Counted from the stretch's first letter, positions 1-8,496 are shown. The stretch: 13,940 nt of DNA from Octopus sinensis (GCF_006345805.1 NW_021825999.1:1-13940); one strand, 5' to 3'. The notes: a model not told the origin generated them from the sequence alone. Translations and numbers: made by a program.

Positions 1-77
1 AGACAGTATCTATCCAAATACAATGTCTAACAGTTGATGCATACTATCTCTGGATCCCCTCCGTTTTCTTCTTGCCG

Positions 78-100
78 TATTATATATATATATATAATGT

Positions 101-144
<44 letters not shown>
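78..144. repeat. (TA)n-(TG)n compound microsatellite
   Basis: Direct reading of the dinucleotide runs. Confidence 0.95.
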
Positions 145-145
<1 letters not shown>

Positions 146-321
146 CCGTTAAGTTAAATACAACAAAGAAAAGTACTTCATATAATTGAGTGATAAATTT
201 AATGTAAATAGTATCAAGATAAGTGCAAGAAATAGTTTCTTGCCGTGTCTCCATGGCAAGAAATGACACACAGACACACAAACACATACATATATATGCG
301 TGTGTGTGTATATATATAGAG

Positions 322-384
<63 letters not shown>

Positions 385-650
385 CAGACAGACAATCAGA
401 CAAGTGAACAGATACACACACACACATAGACAGATAGGCAGACAGACAGACAGACCAGATATAGATAGATATAGATAGTATAGATAGCTAGATAGATATA
501 TAGATAGATAGATAGATAGATAGATTGATATAGATAGATATTGATAGATAGATAATATATATTATCGATAGATAGATTAGATAGATAGATAGAATAGATC
601 TATAGATAGATAGATAGATAGATAGATAGTAGATAGATAGAAGATATATA

Positions 651-805
651 TGTTTCTTTATTAGCCACACAGGGCTGCACACAGATAGAACAAATTACAA
701 GGTAGAGCTTTTCTTTTGAAGGTTAAAAAAAATTTTTTTAATAAAAATAAAATAAAAAAAAATTAAAAAAAAGGAAGGTGGAGTTTCGATCAAAAGAGAT
801 CGTAA
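651..805 (-). mobile_element. 5'-truncated non-LTR retrotransposon 3' end (L1/Tx1-like 3'UTR), copy 1
   Basis: Minus strand reads ttacgatctcttttgatcgaaactccacc...aaaagaaaagctctaccttgtaatttgttctatctgtgtgcagccctgtgtggctAATAAAgaaaca, then a microsatellite tail. It has a polyA signal and a second copy at 914-1060. Clade assignment is from recall of octopus L1/Tx1-like tails. Confidence 0.7.
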
Positions 806-820
806 GATAGATAGATAGAT

Positions 821-903
<83 letters not shown>

Positions 904-913
904 GATAGATAGA

Positions 914-1056
914 TTTATTAGCCACACAGGGCTGCACACAGACGGCACAGATTACAAAGTAGAGCTTTTCTTTTTGGAGGAGAGAAAAACATATAAAGGT
1001 GGGGTAGGTTTTCGATCAAAAGGATCGTAAAAGGGAAATCAGAAAGAAGAAAAAAA

Positions 1057-1060
<4 letters not shown>
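914..1060 (-). mobile_element. 5'-truncated non-LTR retrotransposon 3' end (L1/Tx1-like 3'UTR), copy 2
   Basis: tttattagccacacagggctgcacacaga is identical to copy 1. The rest is diverged but collinear (attacaaagtagagcttttc...ttcgatcaaaaggatcgtaa). Confidence 0.7.
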
Positions 1061-1136
<76 letters not shown>

Positions 1137-1437
1137 CAGACTATTTTATTGAAACTGCAAAACTTCACAAACTTAGTGTTTTGTAACAGTTCCACGGAGA
1201 GTTGTGATAATACGCAATAGTAAAGAATTTTTTTATAAATTGTGAGTACTTATAAGTGTTTATGGACACGAATTCAATGAATAATCATTGAAAGCTACTG
1301 GACAAACTGTTTTGAAATAATGGTTTGCAGTGTGATACAAATGGGACTTGATCGTGACGGAAAAATTCATATCTAAACCAAAGTTGAATGGAAAATGTCT
1401 CTGCGCAGTGATTTTATTTTTCTTTCTGCGCATTACC

Positions 1438-1620
1438 ATGAGGCTACTTCAACAATTTTTTCGGTGAACGAATTATTTCGGAGAGACTTTGGCCACCAAG
1501 ATCACTTAATTTAACAGTACCAGACTTTTTTTCTGGGGAGCAAGTAAACGATCACTGTAAGAATCGTCCGAAAACCATTAAACATTTATTGTGGAGGGCC
1601 TTTTTGAACACTATCTATAA
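1438..1620 (+). mobile_element. Decayed Tc1/mariner transposase C-terminal fragment (frameshifted, internally deleted)
   Basis: With frameshifts it translates as MRLLQQF/FGERIISERLWPPRSLNLTVPDFF/WG...KNRPKTIKHL/..EGLFEHYL*. This matches the WPPRSPDLTPxDFFLWG and terminal GGHFEHLL* motifs of Tc1/mariner transposases. Confidence 0.85.
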
Positions 1621-1814
1621 TAGATATATTGTAGAAACGATTGAAATATAACCAGAAGAAGAGACACTATATCATGAATAAATAACTGCAAGTAATTAAT
1701 ATAGAATGCTGTAGAAGTAAGCCCGAAGTGAAAATTAAAATTGAAATGAAAAAAGAGGGGGCAAGTTAAAAATTATAGTTGTGATCAAATTATGTTTAGT
1801 AAAGTAAATTAAAC

Positions 1815-1953
1815 AATTGTTCAACTGGTATTTATTTTATCGACCTTGAATGGTAATTCGACTTCTGTAGATTTTGAACTCAGAACATAAAGATGGACGA
1901 AAAGCTGCTAAACATTTTGCTCAGCGTGCTAACGATTCTGCCAACTCGGCGCC
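1815..1953 (-). mobile_element. tRNA-derived SINE, family B (ggcg-gagctggcagaatcgttagcacg head), partial
   Basis: Reverse complement ggcgccgagttggcagaatcgttagcacgctgagcaaaatgtttagc...gttctgagttcaaaat...ggtcgataaaataaataccagttg. Homologous to the copies at 11150-11362 and 12606-12810. Confidence 0.85.
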
Positions 1954-2089
1954 TTTTTAAGTAAGTTATATTAATGAAAAATGAAAATGGGAAAAGTGAA
2001 AAGAAAAAAAATAGTGGGAAAGAAGAGGCGTAAAACCACTGTAAGAAAGGAGAAAGAAAGATCTGGGGATCAAGACGAAGAGGATAACA

Positions 2090-2445
2090 GCGAAGGCGGA
2101 GGTATTGTTTTCAGTCATGTTTGTTTGTTTGTTAGTTTGTCTGTGGACAAGATATCTCAAAAGTCGTTGTATATATTTGGGTGAAACTTTCAGGTATGTT
2201 TGGACTCATGACTGGAACGAACTGATTAGGTTTGTGGATTGATCCGGTACCGGGAAAGGATTCTAGATTATTTGTTGCCCCCTTTTTTTTTTAATTAATT
2301 TTTGAGAGCTGTGGGGTTCATGTTTAGTATTCTCGTTTACGAGAGCAGTCGAGTTTATGATTTAAAAAATCATATCTGGCTAATCGTTGAGATGATGCTG
2401 ATGTTGCCTTGGCAGAGGTTTGCGCTCTTTACGTGGTTTTGTTTA
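2090..2445 (+). mobile_element. Non-autonomous DNA element with DINE-1/HINE-like layout (superfamily uncertain)
   Basis: 5' gaaggcggaggtattgttttcagtc, then a (GTTT)n/gtctgt microsatellite, gatatctcaaaa...gaaactttcagg, an internal palindrome ccggtaccgg, and a 3' end gccttggcagaggtttgcgctct that repeats the GGCGGAGG motif. The layout is recognised from memory. Confidence 0.6.
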
Positions 2446-2839
2446 CAACTAACATCGTAAAATATATTTAACCACGAGGACTCATTGGGATATGTTGAGC
2501 TTATATATAGAGGAAAAAATAAGATGGGATGGTCACAAATCGGAAACTGCTGTGTATAAGTCTGTTTAAGAGAGCTGACCTGGGGTTAAACAAGTAGAAC
2601 AATGGCAGCGATTGCAGATTGACGTCAATAGTAACTTTGTTAAAATGAACGAAACATTTAGGAAACGAAATTATATTCAACATTTACTTGCTCAGAGTAG
2701 AAAATAAAAAAAGAAGAAACATAATCACATTCAAGCTTAGAATGTACAAAAATACGTTGTGATACCCGTTAATCTTGTAATTAAAGAGTTAGGTTGATAT
2801 GAAACAAAATCTGTAAAGAAGAAACATCTTTTGGCTTAC

Positions 2840-2866
2840 GTATAGCACATCTTTTGCTGACAGAAT
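2840..2866 (-). CDS. Candidate 27-nt micro-exon (ILSAKDVLY in phase 0)
   Basis: Minus strand gatttcag|ATTCTGTCAGCAAAAGATGTGCTATAC|gtaagc. Canonical acceptor, strong donor, length divisible by 3. Confidence 0.3.
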
Positions 2867-3354
2867 CTGAAATCATGGGACTGACTTTCGTAAGAAATGG
2901 CGTGAGTCAAAGGCAGCAAGATAATTATATATTGAATAAAATATCATAGCTCATAGGATACTCTATAATGTATATGTATAAGTGGACATCAACAGCTAAT
3001 GTCAGTAAGAGGAAGAAGAAGGACAGGAGGCCAGGCTTGAATGTTGTAGTGAAAAAGAAGTGAAAATTCAAATAGAAGAAAAGAAACAGAGGTCAGATTG
3101 ATAGGGAATAATGTAAGTGAAGTGATCGGGGAAATCAGATGCGTATATTTTTGTTAAGATCGAAAAAACGTTGTATTACTGTAATCAGCGTTATATGAAT
3201 AGAATATTTTAAGAAAGGTAAAAGATTCCGACCTTTTTCAACCAATTCCACTCTAGCGTTTGATGTTTTCAAGACATGTGTAGTAATATAAACATATATA
3301 TATTTATGTTCAACTAAAGAACAACAGATAAAAGGTTCCAACCTTGGCCATTGT

Positions 3355-3444
3355 TTACCAGGACCCAATGGCCGCAATTGTCAACACTTTGCGAACATTT
3401 TCCTCCTCTTTTCTGTCCAGATAGAATTCTAATATAAAGCCGCT
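3355..3444 (-). CDS. Candidate coding exon. Either SGFILEFYLDRKEEENVRKVLTIAAIGSW* (phase 0, terminal) or xRLYIRILSGQKRGGKCSQSVDNCGHWVL spliced at CTG|gtaaac (ending 3359)
   Basis: Acceptor tttcatacgtattcag|AGC. Two open frames, higher complexity than the flanks, and a GTAAAC donor overlapping the TGG TAA. Confidence 0.5.
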   Translation of the reverse strand, partial: SGFILEFYLDRKEEENVRKVLTIAAIGSW

Positions 3445-3654
3445 CTGAATACGTATGAAAGTCTTAATATATTTATGCAATTGTATATTAGTGTATGTAA
3501 CGATATAGAGTTATGAATACACGGCATCAAACATGCTAGAAAGAATAAAAAATATATTATTCTAATTTATATGTAAGTAAGAATAGAGGAATTCACTGTT
3601 GTTCATATGCTTGTATACAAGCATTACAGCCATACATACGGATATTCAAAAAGG

Positions 3655-3898
3655 TTATATATATATATATATATACATATGTATCTATATATATATATAT
3701 ACACACACACACATATATATATAAGCATACACATATACATACACATATATATAATATAATATCTATATACATACATGCATATATATATATGTACATATAT
3801 ACATACATATATATGTATGTACATGTTAGTAAATATATGTGTGTATATATGTACATGTAAGTAAATAGATGTATATACATATGTGTATAAATATATAT

Positions 3899-3954
<56 letters not shown>

Positions 3955-3995
3955 TGATATAAATACATCCCCACGCACTTATATATACACACATG
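3655..3995. repeat. (TA)n/(TACA)n/(CA)n low-complexity tract
   Basis: Direct reading. Confidence 0.95.
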
Positions 3996-4000
3996 CATAT

Positions 4001-4113
4001 TCATGGCTTGTAGTCTGTACACGTGTTGCAACTAGCGAAGTTACAGGAATCAAAACAACATGAAGGACATTCTTCTCTGCTATTTATTCGATAATGTCCG
4101 TCATGAATAAGGC
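4001..4113 (-). CDS. Candidate Cys-rich coding exon, phase 1: [37 protein letters not shown]
   Basis: Strong acceptor gtatttcttctttaatcatag|GC. Only one of the three frames stays open, to a TGA at 4001-4003. It has six Cys in 17 codons. Confidence 0.4.
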
Positions 4114-4821
4114 CTATGATTAAAGAAGAAATACAATCTTAAAGAATACGAGAGAGAGAGAGAAGAAAAAAAAACTCGAGATAATATATAAATAAAGAAT
4201 GCAACAAAAAAACTAAGAAGGACACAGAATTCAGAACCTGGAATTTGAAAACACAAAAAAGAAAACAGCCTCCCCAAAATAACAGAAATATATATATAAT
4301 GCAGTTTACAATGATGGTGGTAACATCGGAAAACGCAATATGAAAAGGAAATAAACGAAACGCCATTTTTATATGTTGCAATAGAAATCTAATACGTTTG
4401 TTATCCCGCTTTGTGGTCATCATTTGTCAGCCCCATGTCACCAAAACTAAAGCATTTATAAGGCTTTAATTTCTTCTACCCTAGGTATTTTTTTTATTAT
4501 GATTCATTCACACACTATTGATGAAATTCTCGACATACGCAATGCAACTTATATTTTTTATTATTATTCTTTTGCCGTTGCTTAGCCTCTCGCACTTTGT
4601 GTCAGTGTAGTTAATTTATGCTTTGGCCTCTATTACTTTATACATGTTCCTCTATACACGTCACATACGGGTTTTCTTTTTTTTTTATCATATAATAATT
4701 CCTTCTCCAAGGTAATTTGTATTCCAGCATAACGTATAATTGAGAGAATATTCAAAACTACATGAATCAATCTTAACCTCACTAATAATTAATGGGTTCC
4801 TTGGGTAGCCTTCTTTGCTTC

Positions 4822-4845
4822 GTATCTATCTATCTATCCGGCGTA

Positions 4846-4902
<57 letters not shown>

Positions 4903-4905
4903 CTA

Positions 4906-4954
<49 letters not shown>

Positions 4955-4983
4955 GCTTTTCTGTCTGTCTGTTTGTCTATCTA
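4822..4983. repeat. Compound (ATCT)n-(CT)n-(ATCT)n-(AT)n-(GTCT)n microsatellite
   Basis: Direct reading. Confidence 0.95.
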
Positions 4984-5009
4984 CCGACCTAACTACCCTT
5001 CACTTTTCT

Positions 5010-5354
5010 CTTCTCTGTATATATGTATGTAATTACATGTGTCTGTTTGTGTGTTTGTGCGTGTATGCGCGTGCGTGTATGCGTACGCACATACGTATAT
5101 GCATTAATTAGACATAGGAAAATAGTAGTTATACACCTCATATGTATATATACATACACACTCAAACTCAAACACACTCACATACGCACATGCACCCACC
5201 TCATCCTATACACACTAACATATAGACAGAGAAGCAGACAGGCAGACAGGCAGGCCGGCAGAAGGGCAGACAGACATGTACATACATACTCATATCTATA
5301 CAAAACTTATATACCCAAATATATACATATACATATATATTAACATACACACAG

Positions 5355-5389
<35 letters not shown>

Positions 5390-5390
5390 C
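5010..5390. repeat. Degenerate (TG)/(CA)/(GGCA/GACA)/(TA) low-complexity tract
   Basis: Direct reading. Confidence 0.85.
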
Positions 5391-5454
5391 ATTAAAAGAT
5401 ATCTTTCATATGCTGGCCACTGATAAAATTTTTAATAAAATTTTATCATTATAT

Positions 5455-5474
5455 TAGTATATATACATATATTC

Positions 5475-5511
<37 letters not shown>

Positions 5512-5515
5512 ATAA

Positions 5516-5546
<31 letters not shown>

Positions 5547-5675
5547 CCTATATATATATACATATATATATATACATATATATACATATATATATATACA
5601 TATATAACATATACATAATATATACACATGTATATACATATATATATACATATATATACATATATATATATACAT

Positions 5676-5728
<53 letters not shown>

Positions 5729-5742
5729 TATATATATATACA
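5455..5742. repeat. Long interrupted (TA)n/(TACA)n tract
   Basis: About 290 bp composed almost only of TA with occasional CA. Confidence 0.95.
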
Positions 5743-5921
5743 CAGAAGGAGATGTGATACAGATATATGAACCATAGATATTATATAAAGTTATGCGATA
5801 CAAAATAGCAATATATACACGCTTGCATACAAAATGCACACAGACACACATACTTATATATAAATATGTATAGCGAAAACAATAGTAAATGAAATCTGTT
5901 TCACTTTTCAAATGAAGCTAC

Positions 5922-5976
5922 TTAGTAAAGGTGACCCGTTCGTAGGTAGTCTGCAGTGCGACATTAATTGAGTTAT
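5922..5976 (-). CDS. Weak candidate exon (ITQLMSHCRLPTNGSPLL, phase 0 to phase 1)
   Basis: Good acceptor ttttggattgttttag|ATA, but only a weak donor CTAA|gtagct. Confidence 0.2.
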
Positions 5977-6191
5977 CTAAAACAATCCAAAATATTGTTT
6001 ATCGCGAACGAGTTTCAAATTACTTTTGCACCAGATGAACCAGCCAGAACAGCAAATTGCAAAAGTGATTCATTTACAATCATTCCGTTTTTCTTTGTTT
6101 TATTTTTTCAGTTATTTTATTTACTGATGTTGCCTTCTCTCATATTTTTTTTTAAACGTGATTTTACGAATACATCGCTTTCTAAATGCGT

Positions 6192-6455
6192 AAACAATTG
6201 CAGCGTGGAAGGTGTTTATAAGCCATTTAAAAAACACACAAGAACTTCGTGCTGCACGAAGATGTGTCAGTGAACAGGTCGCGGTCTCAAAGCGACGAAA
6301 ATATATTGACAAATTGAATTTAAATTTTGAATTGAATCTAACGGTTTTTGTGTGTTTCTTAAATGGCTTATAAACACCTTCCACGCTGCAGTTGTTTTCG
6401 TTCCAGCACACGATCTCAGATCAGGTCATTTGCTATACAAGTACATCTCCGTAAA
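6192..6455. mobile_element. Broken palindromic repeat, probably a Penelope-like element terminal (pLTR) in inverted arrangement
   Basis: 50-bp inverted arms at 6192-6241 and 6348-6397 with 2 mismatches. Central palindrome cttcgtgc-t-gcacgaag at 6245-6261. Hammerhead-like motif in the longer arm. The extension to ~6455 is from recall of the family. Confidence 0.65.
6265..6311 (+). ncRNA. Minimal type I hammerhead ribozyme-like motif with G3-C8 core swap
   Basis: tgtca-GTGAACA-g-gtcgc(ggtctcaaa)gcgac-GAAA-atatat-tgaca. Stem I is tgtca/tgaca, stem II is gtcgc/gcgac, and stem III is minimal and near-palindromic. Position 16.1 is A instead of U. Confidence 0.5.
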
Positions 6456-6588
6456 TGTGTAAAGTTAACTAGAAAACAAGGCATAGCGTGCCAGACACAA
6501 AGGAACGAGTGTAAGAGGAGCTTAGAATGACAAATTCGAATCAGAGTAACGCTAATCTATCATACAACCGTAGACCAAAATTTTTGCG

Positions 6589-6641
6589 GACACACACACA
6601 CACACACACACACAACACACACACCACATACACACACATAC
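6589..6641. repeat. (CA)n microsatellite (tail of the adjacent minus-strand SINE)
   Basis: Direct reading. Confidence 0.9.
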
Positions 6642-6830
6642 ATGGTACTTCGTCCATTACGGTGACTAAGGTTCCAGTTGATTCGATCAACAGAACAGCC
6701 CTCTTCTGAAATAAACGTCTGAGTAACTGAGCAGTTCACAGACACGTGCACCCTTAACGTATTTCTTAGGAATATTCAGCGCGATACAGAATGTGTCAAG
6801 GCTGGCCCTTAAAAATATAGGTACTACTCA
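6641..6830 (-). mobile_element. SINE 3' body fragment (head missing)
   Basis: ggttccagttgattcgatcaacagaacagcc...cacagacacgtgcacccttaacgta...gtgtcaaggctggccctt...ggtactactca matches, from recall, the reverse complement of a common octopus SINE 3' domain. It abuts a (CA)n tail. Confidence 0.7.
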
Positions 6831-7067
6831 AACAATAAATATAAGTGTGTCTTTTGCGCTAGTAAGCTATTGTTTAATTAGTAATAAAAGTGATATAAAT
6901 TAAAATACGGTAACCCGCTAAATTATCTGCTGCCGTATACCTTTTACCAATGAATATACCTACTGAGGTTATTACCAGAAGTGCCTTTGGATATATCTAT
7001 GCCTTAGAGCTTTTAAACACCTCTAACTTATACCTGTATATATATATATACACACATATACTTCAGA

Positions 7068-7108
7068 CCTGTTAGCCTTCATCAGAAAGACTGCGGAAGG
7101 CTAACAGG
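7068..7108. repeat. Perfect 13-bp inverted repeat with 15-nt loop
   Basis: cctgttagccttc (7068-7080) and gaaggctaacagg (7096-7108). Confidence 0.9.
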
Positions 7109-7244
7109 CTGTAGATTTCGAATCAAAGTCACTCCTTTTCTTGTAAATATTTTGTAATTCTTCCAATTTATTGCTAAATTAGTTTTAATGTGTAATTTCT
7201 TAATTTCACGTAAAAAATGGTTTGTATACATATGCCACTCATAC

Positions 7245-7373
7245 CTCCTTGTTTATATATTTCTCATGAAAGAATTCCATCAATTGGATTTCTTGGATTT
7301 CAGCTGCATAGAACTCTGCATTATTATCCTGCTTTTCTATGTCGTCTGCTAGCCGGTTCGCTAGAGGAGCTTT
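7245..7373 (-). CDS. Candidate internal coding exon, phase 0-0: KAPLANRLADDIEKQDNNAEFYAAEIQEIQLMEFFHEKYINKE
   Basis: Minus strand ggattcacag|AAA...GAG|gtatga. Canonical sites, 129 nt, stop-free, with a soluble helical-type composition. Protein family not recognised. Confidence 0.6.
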
Positions 7374-7400
7374 CTGTGAATCCATACATTACACTACAAA

Positions 7401-7467
7401 TATGTATGTGTGTTTGTGTGTGTATTTGTGAGTGTGTGTGTTGTGTTTGTATCTGTTTGTGTGTGTA

Positions 7468-7519
<52 letters not shown>

Positions 7520-7521
7520 TG
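7401..7521. repeat. (TG)n microsatellite
   Basis: Direct reading. Confidence 0.95.
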
Positions 7522-7720
7522 CTCCACCACATCTTGACAGCCAGTGTTGGTATTTTTATATCCACATAACTTACCAGTCTGGCAAGAGAGATCAGTAGAT
7601 GAACCACTAGGTTTAAAAAATAAGCTTTGGTGTTGATATGTTCAACTAAGTCCCTTCAAGTCGGTGTCCCAGCATGGCCACAGTCAAATGACTGTAGTAA
7701 GTAAAACATAAAAGATAGAA
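7521..7720 (+). mobile_element. SINE family C, 3' half
   Basis: cttgacagccagtgttgg...ggcaagagagatcagtaga...ggtgtcccagcatggccacagtcaaatgactg...gtaaaacataaaaga. This is the segment that follows the internal (TG)n in this family, with an A-rich repeated tail. Confidence 0.75.
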
Positions 7721-7976
7721 GTTTATACAAAAGTAGGAGCTATTGCCAAGATAGTTTATTGAAAAGCAGTGAAGATGCATAAAAAATTTATGACTAAACT
7801 ATTTAAGTACAAACGTATAACTTTTTTCCGTTTGTGTATTGAAAGATGGCGGAATCAATGTACTTGAAGAAAACATTAGTGAAGCTTATAATAATGAAAT
7901 TAACTGCATTGTTTAAAATGCAGGTAATTATTTTATCAGTTGTTATTGCCGAGCCACTACGTTACGTGGACGTTAC

Positions 7977-8213
7977 ATTAGTGTGTTCACGATAATGCTG
8001 ACCTCATCTTTGTTTAAACGATAGTGCGCTCACGACCAGCCATGCTGTATGATTGAGTTTGAAAGATTGCGTGAAAACACAGGGCGTGCTACCCAAGCTT
8101 GTCAGCGTGGAATTAATAGTAGCTCGAATTTAAATGCTGCGTATGTTAAATGCCATTTATCTCTCATTTCATTGAGTACTTCTTTGTTTATCTCACTTTA
8201 CTGTGCAGCAGTT
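7977..8213 (+). repeat. Unclassified interspersed repeat, copy 1
   Basis: Collinear with 13013-13267, about 85% identity by hand alignment, with one 18-nt indel. Confidence 0.85.
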
Positions 8214-8218
8214 TTACA

Positions 8219-8259
8219 TGTATACACACATACATACATATATATACACATATATACCG

Positions 8260-8318
<59 letters not shown>
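8219..8318. repeat. (TACA)n-(CA)n-(TA)n compound microsatellite
   Basis: Direct reading. Confidence 0.95.
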
Positions 8319-8496
8319 GGAGTAGGAGTGGCTGTGTGGTAGGTAGCTTGCTTATGAACCACATGGTTTCGAGTTCAGTCCCATTGCGTGGAACCTTGGG
8401 CAAGTGTCTTCTACTATAGCCTCGGGCCGACCAAAGCCTTGTGAGTGGATTTGGTAGACGGAAACTGAAAGAAGTCCGTCGTATGTATATATATAT
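8319..8496 (+). mobile_element. tRNA-derived SINE family C, 5' half
   Basis: A box TGGCTGTGTGG (8329-8339) and B box GAGTTCAGTCCC (8371-8382), followed by ...ccttgggcaagtgtcttctactatagcctcgggccgaccaaagccttgtgagtggatttggtagacggaaactgaaagaag and a (TA)n stretch. Confidence 0.9.

Larger units (their letters stand above)
310..1141. repeat. (GATA)n/(GACA)n tetranucleotide array interrupted by two LINE 3'-end fragments
   Basis: GATA runs at ~310-650, ~806-913 and ~1060-1141; GACA variants at ~385-455. Confidence 0.95.

Noticed and set aside
27-937. ORFs with SIYLSIYL/HTHT repeats
   Set aside because: Translations of GATA and CA microsatellites. The same applies to the ORFs at 3593-4063, 4792-5911, 8150-8626, 9344-10522 and 13223-13782.
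1981-2184. Lys/Glu-rich 67-aa plus ORF
   Set aside because: A purine-rich low-complexity tract running into the HINE-like element; no splice or homology support.
3135-3377. 80-aa minus ORF MRPLGPGKQW...
   Set aside because: It overlaps the candidate exon in a third frame, reads through a TA run and has no recognisable motif.
4139-4423. 94-aa hydrophobic minus ORF
   Set aside because: Hydrophobicity is explained by T-rich intron-like composition, and it has no supporting splice sites.
5968-6411. Two ORFs sharing NNCSVEGVYKPFKKHT
   Set aside because: The shared peptide is the 50-bp inverted repeat read on opposite strands.
7301-7403. Plus-strand exon-like frame LHRTLHYYPAFLCRLLAGSLEELSVNPYITLQI
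   Set aside because: Probably the antisense shadow of the better minus-strand exon 7245-7373. Its donor falls in the TG microsatellite edge.
7846-7923. Plus-strand ATG exon MAESMYLKKTLVKLIIMKLTALFKMQ with CAG|gtaatt donor
   Set aside because: Its start lies within a 44-bp repeated fragment, composition is AT-driven and I found no phase-compatible partner. It is not excluded, but unsupported.
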